Assembly: GCA_045652135.1 (NCBI GenBank)
Contig: JAZRTS010000155.1
Coordinates: 1,765-65,764, forward strand
Reading direction: 5' to 3'
Source: Eubacteriales bacterium
Lineage (GTDB): Bacteria > Bacillota > Clostridia > Oscillospirales > CAG-272
Length of the DNA: 64,000 nt
Shown: positions 1 to 9,169 of the stretch, in pieces
Position numbering within the stretch: the stretch's first letter is position 1
How the letters are laid out: each line of letters starts with the position of its first letter
Notes under the pieces: generated by a model
Seen by the model: only the letters and a program-made list of their open reading frames with translations
Databases searched by the model: none
Told to the model about the DNA's origin: nothing
Made by a program: the position numbers and the translations under genes

Positions 1-1638
1 GAAACCTGCAAGCACGCCCTTCTGCATTGATTCTTCAAGTCCTTTTACAACTGCGGGGTGGAAGTTCTTGGGAACTGAACCGCCGACACAGGATTCTGTA
101 AATTCAAGACCTTCACCGTCACCGGGGGCGAATCTTATCTTGACGTGACCGTACTGGCCGTGACCGCCCGACTGCTTCTTGTGTTTTCCTTCGCAGTCAA
201 CACTCTTCTTTATTGCTTCTCTGTAAGCTATGCGCGGCTCTGAGAGGTTCACTGATATACCGTAACGGGATGCAAGCTTTGCAATAGTTACGTCAACGTG
301 AATATCGCCGATGCCCGAAAGCACGAGCTGTTTTGTTTCAGCATCGTTTACAAAACTGAGGGTGAGATCTTCTTCAAGGAGTTTTGTGACGCCCTGCGAT
401 ATCTTGTCTTCCTCGCCCTTTACCTTGGGTGAGAGCGCAACACGGAGATACGGTTCTTCGTATTTTATCTTTCTGTAGGGATCGGCATTCGGATTTGCGG
501 AGAACGTATCGTTTGTGTTTACGCCCGCAAGCTTCGTTGTAACACCGATATCACCTGTGTAAAGTGAATCGACTTCTTTAAGGTCTTTGCCCTTGACCGT
601 ATAAATATGGGCAAACTTTTCGGAAACTCCCGTTTCGGGATTCGTAAGCACATCGTCACGGTTGAGCACACCGCTCATTACCTTGAAGTATGACATCTTA
701 CCTACAAACGGGTCTGCAACGGTTTTGAAGATAAATGCCGCTGTGGGATTATCGGGTGATATTTCACAGCTGATAACCTCACCGTTTCTTATTACCTTTT
801 CCTTTTCTCTTGCAAAGGGGGAGGGGAAGTATTCGATGATGTTGTCCATCAAATTATCAATACCCCACATTTTTGTTGCCGCGCCGCAGATAACGGGGGC
901 AATGGTGCGTCCTACAAAACCGATGTGTATTGCCTGAATGGCCTCCTCACGAGTTATCGGCTCACCTGCGCAGTATTTATCCATAAGCTCCTCGCTCGTT
1001 TCGGCGATGGATTCATAAAGCATATTGCGGTATGAGTGAGCAACGGGAGCGTAAGCGGGGGGAATTGCCGACTCCGTATGCTTACCTTCCTTGTCGAATA
1101 CCGTTACGCACATATCTATAAGGTCGATGAAGCCCGTAACCTTTTCACCGTCGATAAGCGGTATCAGAACGGGACAGACAGAAACACCGAATGCATCTCT
1201 TATTTCCTTGAATGCACGCGCAAAACGGCATTCGTCATCGTCAAATTTATTGATAAAGAACGCTCTGGGAACTTTGTTTTCAACGACCTTTTCCCAAGCA
1301 AGCTCAGTTCCTACTTCAACGCCTGCCTTGCCGTCAACAACGATGATGGCACTTCCCGCAACACGGAGTCCCTGAGAAACCTCACCGCAAAAGTCGAGGT
1401 ATCCGGGTGTGTCAATTATATTGATCTTCTTTCCTTTCCATTCAACGGGAGCAACAGACAGGGAAACGGAAAAGCCTCTTTTCTTTTCTTCGGCATCATA
1501 ATCGAGCACGGTATTTCCTTCGCTGACCTTTCCCAAGCGGTTTGTTGCCTTGGTGAAATAAAGCATAGCCTCAGCAACGGATGTTTTGCCATGTGATGAG
1601 TGACCTATCAAACATACATTACGAATATTGTTGTTCAT
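1..1638 (-). CDS. Elongation factor G family translational GTPase (N-terminal part; C-terminus lies beyond the window start)
   Basis: Absent from the ORF track because there is no stop in the window. Reverse translation from the ATG at 1636-1638 gives MNNNIRNVCLIGHSSHGKTS (G1), IIDTPGYLDF (G3), INKFD (G4), then EF-G-like domains. An AGGA-type SD lies upstream, with a TTGAAT-17-TATAAT promoter on the minus strand. Confidence 0.85.
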   Translation of the reverse strand, partial: MNNNIRNVCLIGHSSHGKTSVAEAMLYFTKATNRLGKVSEGNTVLDYDAEEKKRGFSVSLSVAPVEWKGKKINIIDTPGYLDFCGEVSQGLRVAGSAIIVVDGKAGVEVGTELAWEKVVENKVPRAFFINKFDDDECRFARAFKEIRDAFGVSVCPVLIPLIDGEKVTGFIDLIDMCVTVFDKEGKHTESAIPPAYAPVAHSYRNMLYESIAETSEELMDKYCAGEPITREEAIQAIHIGFVGRTIAPVICGAATKMWGIDNLMDNIIEYFPSPFAREKEKVIRNGEVISCEISPDNPTAAFIFKTVADPFVGKMSYFKVMSGVLNRDDVLTNPETGVSEKFAHIYTVKGKDLKEVDSLYTGDIGVTTKLAGVNTNDTFSANPNADPYRKIKYEEPYLRVALSPKVKGEEDKISQGVTKLLEEDLTLSFVNDAETKQLVLSGIGDIHVDVTIAKLASRYGISVNLSEPRIAYREAIKKSVDCEGKHKKQSGGHGQYGHVKIRFAPGDGEGLEFTESCVGGSVPKNFHPAVVKGLEESMQKGVLAGF

Positions 1639-1770
1639 AGTTTTATTCCTGCCTTTCTTTACAAAAATATACACATATATTTTGTATACCCTTATTATAC
1701 TGTATTACGGTTTTGAATTCAATACCTTTTGAGTTTATTTAAAACGCCGAATATGTAGAAATTTTTTGTT

Positions 1771-1829
1771 GAAAATTGTGCATAATGCACAAAACGGTTA
1801 TGTATATTTCTCCGATACATAACCGTTTT
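1771..1829 (-). terminator. Tandem hairpin terminator downstream of the 1855-2667 gene
   Basis: 15-bp inverted repeat AAAACGGTTATGTAT/ATACATAACCGTTTT (1791-1829). It is followed on the minus strand by TTGTGCA-tta-TGCACAA and a T-run. Confidence 0.55.
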
Positions 1830-1854
1830 GCATAATTTTCACTTTTGTTATAGC

Positions 1855-2667
1855 TTAATCAATGGGTCTATACGCAAATCTGAACTCTGCGCCAGAAGTT
1901 GACAGCGGTTCTACAGAAGGCTGTGTTGACTGAAGTCGTTTGTCAGAGCCTGCATCGTATCTGTAAAAGTTGCCGCGCGTTGCAGGGCCGGCACAGATGA
2001 ACACGTGCTTGGGATAATCCTTCAAATATTCGGGAACGGGAATGTTCTGGCTGTTGCCGACGAAGATTATATCTCCTGCCTTGACCTCTGATTCATCTGT
2101 TATCTTTTCAAATTTGAGATTTTTCAAAAGGTTTTCGATGGGGTTTGTTGTGTAGAGCGTAAAGCCCTTTGTGCTCGGCTGTCTTTTGGTGTAAAATCCT
2201 GCATCGTAAAGCGCCCAGCCTACAAATCTGTCACACGATACGATCTTTTCGGTCTTGTCAAGCGCAGGGTTTACGCTTGCATCTCCGTATGTGTAACGGT
2301 TGTCACGGATATAATCGGCAACTGCCTTGGCGTTATAAAGGATTCTTGCCGCCGCAAGAGTAGGGCAGGGGTTATATGCGAGATTCCCCTCTGAATCGTA
2401 TACGACATACCCTAACTGCGCATTGTCATCCGCTGCGCCTTTTGCTTCTTCGAGCGTTGTGTATTCACCCTTTTGTGTGTCTTCGGTGTTATAGGGTGAT
2501 CTTACGTAATATGTAAGTTCCATTTTATCCTCCGTTTGTGCATCTGTTACAGGTGCGCTTGTTTCTGTGCCTGCTGTGCTGTCTGTGTCTGTGTCGGTTG
2601 AAGTGCCTGAGCAGGCTGTCAACAAAAGCGATGATGTGATAAGCAAAATCAAAATTTTATTTTTCAA
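1855..2667 (-). CDS. Secreted lipoprotein with a papain-fold (NlpC/P60/CHAP-like Cys-His-Asp) domain; short outlying paralog of the 19.9-28.2 kb family, lacking the C-terminal beta-sandwich
   Basis: Signal/lipobox MKNKILILLITSSLLLTAC. Shares VADYIRDNRYTYGDASVNPA, IVSCDRFVGWALYDAGF, VKAGDIIFV, HVFICAG, YRYDAGS and FRFAYRP blocks with the array proteins. Confidence 0.8.
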   Translation of the reverse strand: MKNKILILLITSSLLLTACSGTSTDTDTDSTAGTETSAPVTDAQTEDKMELTYYVRSPYNTEDTQKGEYTTLEEAKGAADDNAQLGYVVYDSEGNLAYNPCPTLAAARILYNAKAVADYIRDNRYTYGDASVNPALDKTEKIVSCDRFVGWALYDAGFYTKRQPSTKGFTLYTTNPIENLLKNLKFEKITDESEVKAGDIIFVGNSQNIPVPEYLKDYPKHVFICAGPATRGNFYRYDAGSDKRLQSTQPSVEPLSTSGAEFRFAYRPID

Positions 2668-2773
2668 TTTCAGATACCCCTCATTGTTTTATTTGAGAAC
2701 ATTATATATCTTTGCGTCTTTTTTGTCAAGTGTTTGACACCATATATCGTATTCCCGTATATAATATACCGGG

Positions 2774-3145
2774 GTGAATAATGTGAAAAAAGTATATATC
2801 GCTGTCGGAGGTCTTGCTTTTGTCCTCGGCACGGTCGGTTGTTTTGTTCCTTTTTTACCGACGTTTCCGTTTTTTCTTCTGACGGGTGTGTGCTTTGCAA
2901 AAGGTTCGGATTTTCTTTATGAAAAATTCGTATCGTCAAAGCTGTACGAAAAAAATTTCAAAAGCTTTCAAGACGGCAAAGGAATGAAAAGAAGCACAAA
3001 GGTGCGTGTCATACTGTCCGTGGGCATCTGCTGTGCGGCAGGCTTTTTTCTCACAGAGAGTGCTGCGGTGAAAATAATTATTACCGCCGTCTTTGTGCTT
3101 CATATTCTGTATTTTGTTTTCGGAATAAAAAATTATGATAATTAG
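2774..3145 (+). CDS. YbaN/DUF454 family small inner-membrane protein
   Basis: 123 aa, hydrophobic, with the FVPFLPTFPFFLLTG motif typical of the YbaN family. Confidence 0.7.
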   Translation: MNNVKKVYIAVGGLAFVLGTVGCFVPFLPTFPFFLLTGVCFAKGSDFLYEKFVSSKLYEKNFKSFQDGKGMKRSTKVRVILSVGICCAAGFFLTESAAVKIIITAVFVLHILYFVFGIKNYDN

Positions 3146-3146
3146 G

Positions 3147-5075
3147 TCATATTTTCGGAAATGTCAGAATGACCTTGAAAAGGTCGCCGTCTGTCGTTAT
3201 GGCTATTTTACCGCCCTGAAGCTCCGTAAGGCTTTGGGCGATTGATAATCCCAAACCGTTTCCGTCAGTGTTACGTGAGCTGTCGCCCCTTGAAAAACGC
3301 TCAAAAAGCTCATCGGCTGAAATATTCAGCTCGTCACGTGAGGTATTTTTAAAGGTTATTTTTGCCTCGTTTCCCATATCCTCAAGGGAAATATACACTC
3401 TTGTGCCGCTTAAAGAATATTTGCAGATATTATTCATCAGATTGTCAAATATGCGCCACATACGTCTGCCGTCAGCCATTATCATCACGGGATGATCGGG
3501 TACGGATAAGACGGTGCTGAGCATACTTTTTTCAAGCTTGTCACGGTACTCGGCAACGGCTTGGTTTACGAAAACGTCTATCTGCATTTCCTCAAGCTTT
3601 ACCTCAAGGTTTCCCGTTGATGCCTTTGAAGCCTCGATAAGGTCATCTATAAGCCGTTTCAGCTTTTCCGACTGCCTTAACAAAACAGATGAATATTCCG
3701 TTATTTTTCCGTTTTCGGTGCGTTCCTTTGAAATAAGGTCGGAATAATTTATTATCGAGGTAAGCGGTGTTTTGATGTCGTGAGATACGTTTGTGATAAG
3801 CTCCGTTTTTATTCTTTCGCTTTTCAGCCGTTCATCAACGGCTGTTTTCATTCCGCCGGCTATACTGTTCAACGCTTCACCGTGGGATTTAAAATCAAGA
3901 ATGAGGTTGGAAGTATCGATTTTATGCGACACTTCACCTTTTGCAAGTGCCGATGCGCCCTTTAAAAGACGGTTCCACATAAGCACGCACAAAAGAATTA
4001 CACCAAGCTCAAAAAGCTTGAAGAGAACCCATATCACGAGCATAATATCCTTTTCAAATAAAAGTGCTGAAAATATGAAATCTGCGATAAAAAAGACCGC
4101 TGCAATACCGCACACCTTTGCAAGAATATGCATATTACGGAAAATAACACATAAGAAGCCGAATGCCTTTTTTAAAATACGGTACAAAAGGCGGCATATC
4201 ATATAAATAACGGTGTTTTTAAAAAGTGTGTTTGTCTTTATTCTTGCCGCAACGCTCATTGACAGTCCGAGCGCTGACGATATTGCCGCTGTGATGTACA
4301 TCGTAAGTACAACTATATCCTGCGGCTCTGCCAATGCACCTATTTCTTCTAAAACAAACAGAGCGAAAACAAAGAGACCTATTACTGATGCCAAAAACAA
4401 GTCAAGCGGAATTTTCACCCCGAAGCTGGGTTTGATTTCCGATGTATCTTTCTGTCTTCCGGATGCATACATAAGAAATACAAAGCCTATGACAGAGCAT
4501 ATTATACACAGCAGTGTAAGAGGGAAGACCGTATATCTTACGCTGTAAAGAGTTGTGACGAGGCTTTCAATAAATGAGTATTTATCCTGTGAGGTAAGTT
4601 CAGACGATAGTATAAGCGATGCGGAAATAAACGTTTCTCCCTCATTCGGCTCACCTCTGAATTTGTTTACCGGATGTAAAAATATACTATAATTATAATT
4701 GTGATTTTCGGGATAGTATTCTTCGCTTGAAATGAAGTTTTCCTTGTAAACGGTGCCGTCTGTTTTTTCTCCGTAGGAGCACAATATTTCAGATGTCGTG
4801 TGATCCTTTATTTCAAAATATGAAATGTTTTTTGACGGAATGTATGAGGAAATATCATCACTGATGCAGTAATAATTGTAAACTGTATTTTTGATGTCCA
4901 TAAATGCCGTGTTTTTGAAAAGACTTTCTTTATACTCGTTTTCAGATGTTGTATATACGTTTGTTGCGATTGAGTAGTACATAGTAACAACACCGCCGCA
5001 GCTCATAAGAATAAAAAGCACAGTTAGTATAAAAACCGTTACCTTTAGCCAAGGACAAGCTGTAAGCTGTTTCAT
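3147..5075 (-). CDS. Sensor histidine kinase (multi-TM sensor, HisKA + HATPase_c)
   Basis: H-box SHDIKTPLTSI, N-box NLMNNICKYS, G-box DGNGLGLSIAQS. ATGA overlap with the upstream response regulator gene. Confidence 0.9.
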   Translation of the reverse strand: MKQLTACPWLKVTVFILTVLFILMSCGGVVTMYYSIATNVYTTSENEYKESLFKNTAFMDIKNTVYNYYCISDDISSYIPSKNISYFEIKDHTTSEILCSYGEKTDGTVYKENFISSEEYYPENHNYNYSIFLHPVNKFRGEPNEGETFISASLILSSELTSQDKYSFIESLVTTLYSVRYTVFPLTLLCIICSVIGFVFLMYASGRQKDTSEIKPSFGVKIPLDLFLASVIGLFVFALFVLEEIGALAEPQDIVVLTMYITAAISSALGLSMSVAARIKTNTLFKNTVIYMICRLLYRILKKAFGFLCVIFRNMHILAKVCGIAAVFFIADFIFSALLFEKDIMLVIWVLFKLFELGVILLCVLMWNRLLKGASALAKGEVSHKIDTSNLILDFKSHGEALNSIAGGMKTAVDERLKSERIKTELITNVSHDIKTPLTSIINYSDLISKERTENGKITEYSSVLLRQSEKLKRLIDDLIEASKASTGNLEVKLEEMQIDVFVNQAVAEYRDKLEKSMLSTVLSVPDHPVMIMADGRRMWRIFDNLMNNICKYSLSGTRVYISLEDMGNEAKITFKNTSRDELNISADELFERFSRGDSSRNTDGNGLGLSIAQSLTELQGGKIAITTDGDLFKVILTFPKI

Positions 5076-5770
5076 TCTTTTTTCTCCTTTTCAAATTTGT
5101 ACCCCTGTCCCCATACTACCTTAATGTAACGTGGCTCGGCAGGGTTTATCTCTGTTTTTTCACGCAGGTGGCGAATGTGTACGGCAACGGTGTTGTCGCA
5201 TCCCGTCGGGTCATCCTTCCACACGCGTCTGTATATTTCCTTCGGTGAAAATACCTTGCCCTTGTTTTGCAAAAGCAACTTTAAAATATCGTATTCTATC
5301 GGCGTCAGATTTATTTTTTCTCCGTCAACGGTGACCTCTTTTTGCTCGTCATCAAGCTCAAGTCCTCCCGATGTCAGTACGTTTCGGCTTGATGTGCTTC
5401 CGCCGAGACGCATATATCGGCGGAGCTGTGAATTTACTCTTGCTATTACCTCAACGGGATTGAACGGCTTTGTTATATAATCGTCAGCACCGAGATTGAG
5501 TCCGAGTATCTTGTCGCAGTCCTCACTTTTTGCCGTCAGCAGTATTATCGGTACGTTGCTTGTTTTTCTTATTTCAGCCATTGCCGCTATTCCGTCAAGC
5601 ACGGGCATCATTATGTCAAGCAGTATTAGATGTATGTCTTCGTTTTTTATCGTTTCGACGGCATCAAGCCCGTTGTGCGCTTCAAAAATTTTATATTCCG
5701 GATTTGCAAGGTATATTTTAAGCGCATTTACAATGTCATGCTCGTCATCGCATATCAGTATGTTGTACAT
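5072..5770 (-). CDS. OmpR/PhoB-family response regulator
   Basis: Receiver domain (ILICDDE...LILLDIMMPVLDG...LTAK) plus winged-helix C-terminus (LTPIEYDILKLL...VAVHIRHLREK...WGQGYKF). Confidence 0.92.
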   Translation of the reverse strand: MYNILICDDEHDIVNALKIYLANPEYKIFEAHNGLDAVETIKNEDIHLILLDIMMPVLDGIAAMAEIRKTSNVPIILLTAKSEDCDKILGLNLGADDYITKPFNPVEVIARVNSQLRRYMRLGGSTSSRNVLTSGGLELDDEQKEVTVDGEKINLTPIEYDILKLLLQNKGKVFSPKEIYRRVWKDDPTGCDNTVAVHIRHLREKTEINPAEPRYIKVVWGQGYKFEKEKKE

Positions 5771-5872
5771 TCTTATCTTCCTTTCGGTTTATGGTATAAT
5801 TATATCACGTTGTTTATTAAAATCAAAGATGATAAAATATTAAGATTTTTTTAATATCGGACAAAATACGCA

Positions 5873-5901
5873 TTGACAAAAAAATCACCGTATGATAAAA
5901 T
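5873..5901 (+). promoter_or_regulatory. Sigma-A-type promoter for the 5966/6064 transcription unit
   Basis: TTGACA (5873-5878), 17-nt spacer, extended -10 TGATAAAAT (5893-5901). Confidence 0.45.
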
Positions 5902-5965
5902 AAACTGTTCTCACCTTTTTTGAATACCGAACACAAAACGGTGCACAATTTCAAGGGGTGATGAA

Positions 5966-6064
5966 ATGAAAAGTATAATTATGAGGTTTGCGGTCGGATT
6001 TACGGTAGGGCTTGCACTTTTTGGGTTGCTCGGCTATGTATTTTATACCGCAGTAAATTTGTAA
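5966..6064 (+). CDS. Possible 32-aa hydrophobic micro-protein (MKSIIMRFAVGFTVGLALFGLLGYVFYTAVNL)
   Basis: Below the ORF-track size cutoff. AAGGGG SD 7 nt upstream of the ATG. The TAA stop overlaps the ATG of the pseudouridine synthase gene by 1 nt (TAATG). Single predicted TM helix. Confidence 0.35.
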   Translation: MKSIIMRFAVGFTVGLALFGLLGYVFYTAVNL

Positions 6065-6768
6065 TGAGGCTTGATAAATTTTTTACCCATACGGGAACGA
6101 TGTCAAGAAAAGAATGTGCGCAGGCGGCAAAAAGAGGGCGCATAAGCGTAAACGGCAAAGTCATGACAGACTCTGCCGTACATATAAATGAAAATACCGA
6201 TAAGGTAACACTTGACGGCGTGCCTGTTGCTTATATGAAATATATTTATATAATGCTGAACAAGCCGCAGGGCTATGTCAGTTCTTCGGACGAGCCGGGA
6301 GAGCATACGGTGCTTGAACTGTTACCTGAAAACATCGTGAAATGCGATGTCTTTCCATCGGGAAGACTTGACAAGGATACAACGGGGCTTATGATAATAA
6401 CAAATGACGGGCCTTCCTCACACAAGGCGCTTGCGCCGAAAAGCCACGTAAGCAAAAAGTACAGGTATGAATGTGCCGACGTGCTTTTGCCGTCAGATGC
6501 CGAGAAAATGAGGGTGGGCATAACTCTTGCCGACGGTTACACAACGCTTCCGTGTGAGCTTGAAATGCTCGGCGAAAAACACGGCGAGATAGTTTTGCAT
6601 GAGGGTAAATACCACCAGATAAAAAGAATGTTCGGTGCGGTGGGGAATAAAATAACCGCGCTCAAAAGGCTGTCATTCGGGGATATACTGCTTGACGAAA
6701 AGCTCGAAGAGGGCGAATGGCGGTATCTGACGGATGACGAAATAAAAATTTTTACGGGAAATAAATGA
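6064..6768 (+). CDS. RsuA/RluB-family rRNA pseudouridine synthase (S4 domain + PseudoU_synth_2)
   Basis: N-terminal S4-like MRLDKFF...SRKECAQAAKRGRISVNG and catalytic motif GRLDKDTTGLMIITNDG. Confidence 0.9.
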   Translation: MRLDKFFTHTGTMSRKECAQAAKRGRISVNGKVMTDSAVHINENTDKVTLDGVPVAYMKYIYIMLNKPQGYVSSSDEPGEHTVLELLPENIVKCDVFPSGRLDKDTTGLMIITNDGPSSHKALAPKSHVSKKYRYECADVLLPSDAEKMRVGITLADGYTTLPCELEMLGEKHGEIVLHEGKYHQIKRMFGAVGNKITALKRLSFGDILLDEKLEEGEWRYLTDDEIKIFTGNK

Positions 6769-6783
6769 TAAGGAGAGATAAAT

Positions 6784-8949
6784 ATGGATATTTTAAAGAC
6801 AATAGCGCAAGAGTTCAATCTTAAAGAAACACAGGTGGTTAATACGGTTGAACTTATAGATGCAGGTAACACGATTCCCTTTATCGCACGTTACAGAAAA
6901 GAGGTAACGGGCGCACTTGACGATACGGTTTTAAGAAATCTTTTTGACAGACTTAATTATCTCCGCAATCTTGAAAAGAGAAAAGAAGAAGTCCGTTCCT
7001 CCATTGAAGAACAGGGCAAGCTGACAGACGAGATAATCGAAGCGCTTGACAAAGCGCAGATACTTACGGAGGTTGAGGATATATACCGTCCGTACAAGCC
7101 CAAGCGTAAAACAAGGGCATCTGTTGCAAGAGAAAAGGGACTTGAGCCTTTGGCACAGCTTATTTTTGAACAGAAAGAAAAATATGACGAGCCAATAATA
7201 AAGCTTGCGGAAGCTTTTATAAACGAAGAAAAGGAAGTAAATACGGCGGAAGAAGCGCTTGCAGGTGCGCTTGACATTATCGCCGAGGATGTTTCCGATG
7301 ATGCAAATCTTCGCAAGGAAATAAGAAAGCTTACATATGACACGGGACTTATCGTAACAGTGAAAGCCAAGGATGAGGAAAGTGTATATGAAATGTACTA
7401 TGAGTATTCCGAGCGTATCAACAAGATACCCTCTCACCGTGTGCTTGCCATCAACAGAGGTGAAAAGGATGAATTCCTGAAAGTCAGCATCGATATCGCA
7501 AAGGAAACGGTGATAAATCTCATTCTTTCCAAAATTATCACGAATAAAAACAGCGAAGCGAACGAGTATGTAACAGCCGCCGCAACAGACGGATATGAAA
7601 GACTTATCGCACCGTCTATCGAAAGGGAAATAAGAACAGACCTTTTTGACGTTGCAAGTGAGGGAGCTATCAAGCTTTTCTCCGAAAACCTCAAAAATCT
7701 GCTTATGTCGCCGCCGCTTAAAGGCAAAACAACGCTCGGACTTGACCCCGGTTACCGCACGGGTTGTAAGCTTGCCGTTGTCGATAAAACGGGAAAGGTG
7801 CTTGATACAGCGGTAATTTACCCGACGATGAAGCAGGAATACCGTATAGAGGAAGCGAAAACTATCGTAAAGAAGCTTATAAAGCGTTACGGTGTCGATG
7901 TTGTTGCAATAGGTAACGGAACTGCATCGAAAGAGTCTGAAATATTTATTTCCGGTGTTCTCAAGGAAATGGATTGCGGATGTAAATACATAATGGTAAG
8001 CGAGGCGGGCGCATCGGTTTACTCCGCATCGAAGCTTGCCGCGGAAGAATTTCCCGACTTTGACGTTACTCAAAGAAGTGCTGTTTCTATCGCAAGACGT
8101 CTTCAGGATCCGCTTGCTGAGCTTGTAAAGATAGATCCGAAGTCTATCGGTGTCGGTCAGTATCAGCACGATATGAAGCCTGCAAGACTTGACGAGGCGC
8201 TCAACGGTGTCGTTGAAGACTGCGTAAACTCGGTAGGCGTCGATCTTAATACAGCATCCCATTCGCTTCTTTCGTATATCGCAGGTATAAACGCGACGTC
8301 AGCGAAGAATATCGTTAAATACCGTGAGGAAAACGGTGAATTTGAAAGCCGTGCGGAGCTTTTGAAAGTTCCCCGTATAGGCGCAAAGGCTTATGAGCAG
8401 TGCGCAGGCTTCCTGCGTGTTTCGGGCGGCGACGAAATACTTGACAATACCGGTGTTCACCCCGAATCTTACAAGGCGGCGAAGCAGTTGCTTAAAAAGT
8501 TCGGTTATACGGACGACGATGTAAAAGACGGAAATCTCGTTCTTCTGGGCGAAAAAATAAAAAAGGAAAATAAGGCAAAACTTTGCGAAGAACTCGGAGT
8601 AGGCGCTCCGACGCTCGACGATATCGTAAAAGAACTTCAGAAACCGGGACGTGATGTTCGTGATGATTTTCCGGCGCCCATACTCCGTGAGGATATACTT
8701 GATATGGCAGACCTGAAGCCGGGAATGGAGCTTACGGGTGTCGTACGTAACGTAATTGATTTCGGTGCGTTCGTTGATATCGGTGTTCATCAGGATGGAC
8801 TTGTTCACATATCACAGCTTTCAAATAAATACATAAAACATCCTTCCGAAGCTGTATCCGTGGGCGATCAGGTGACAGTCTGGGTGCTTGAGGTCAATGT
8901 TCCGAAAAAGAGAATATCTCTTACTATGAAGAAACCCAAGAATGTTTGA
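6784..8949 (+). CDS. tex: Tex transcription accessory protein (Tex_N, YqgF-like, HHH, S1 domains)
   Basis: 721 aa. NTIPFIARYRKE N-terminus, LGLDPGYRTGCKLAVVD (YqgF/RuvX-like), C-terminal S1 GVVRNVIDFGAFVDIGVHQDGLVHISQL. Confidence 0.92.
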   Translation: MDILKTIAQEFNLKETQVVNTVELIDAGNTIPFIARYRKEVTGALDDTVLRNLFDRLNYLRNLEKRKEEVRSSIEEQGKLTDEIIEALDKAQILTEVEDIYRPYKPKRKTRASVAREKGLEPLAQLIFEQKEKYDEPIIKLAEAFINEEKEVNTAEEALAGALDIIAEDVSDDANLRKEIRKLTYDTGLIVTVKAKDEESVYEMYYEYSERINKIPSHRVLAINRGEKDEFLKVSIDIAKETVINLILSKIITNKNSEANEYVTAAATDGYERLIAPSIEREIRTDLFDVASEGAIKLFSENLKNLLMSPPLKGKTTLGLDPGYRTGCKLAVVDKTGKVLDTAVIYPTMKQEYRIEEAKTIVKKLIKRYGVDVVAIGNGTASKESEIFISGVLKEMDCGCKYIMVSEAGASVYSASKLAAEEFPDFDVTQRSAVSIARRLQDPLAELVKIDPKSIGVGQYQHDMKPARLDEALNGVVEDCVNSVGVDLNTASHSLLSYIAGINATSAKNIVKYREENGEFESRAELLKVPRIGAKAYEQCAGFLRVSGGDEILDNTGVHPESYKAAKQLLKKFGYTDDDVKDGNLVLLGEKIKKENKAKLCEELGVGAPTLDDIVKELQKPGRDVRDDFPAPILREDILDMADLKPGMELTGVVRNVIDFGAFVDIGVHQDGLVHISQLSNKYIKHPSEAVSVGDQVTVWVLEVNVPKKRISLTMKKPKNV

Positions 8950-9011
8950 TTTTAATATATTAAAAAAATACACTGAACATATAACTTTTTAAAACTTATT
9001 CTGAAAAACCG

Positions 9012-9046
9012 TTGTGCATGTTGCACAAATTAAAGTTTTATTTTTT
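9012..9046 (+). terminator. Putative terminator after tex
   Basis: TTGTGCA-tgt-TGCACAA hairpin followed by a T-rich tract. The same stem sequence occurs at 1776-1792. Confidence 0.4.
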
Positions 9047-9169
9047 GGAAAACTAACTTCTTTAAAAGTTCATATTTGTTTGATATAATTGATTTCATAA
9101 ATAAAAAGGTGAATTGTACCCTTTTTTCAGGGTACTTAAAATCTGAAGTAATAAAAGGAGATTTTTATA

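Noticed and set aside
1776-1792. TTGTGCA-nnn-TGCACAA palindromes (also at 9012-9028) as a shared operator for a transcription factor.
   Set aside because: Both sit immediately downstream of stop codons and are followed by T-rich tracts in the direction of transcription. They are more simply small terminator hairpins. I kept them only as a low-interest repeat-family note.
2670-2939. 89-aa minus-strand ORF overlapping the start of the YbaN-like gene.
   Set aside because: It overlaps a gene with a recognisable family motif on the other strand and covers the promoter/leader of the 1855-2667 gene. It has no SD.
6931-8262. 443-aa ORF antisense to tex, with similar long antisense ORFs elsewhere (61963-62721 and 62333-62959 opposite ftsZ, 56197-56793 opposite murF, 10452-11141, 23664-24278, 27498-28127, 44748-45569).
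   Set aside because: These are shadow ORFs inside well-supported genes. Their composition is low-complexity or Cys/Arg/Phe-rich, with no SD and no recognisable motifs.
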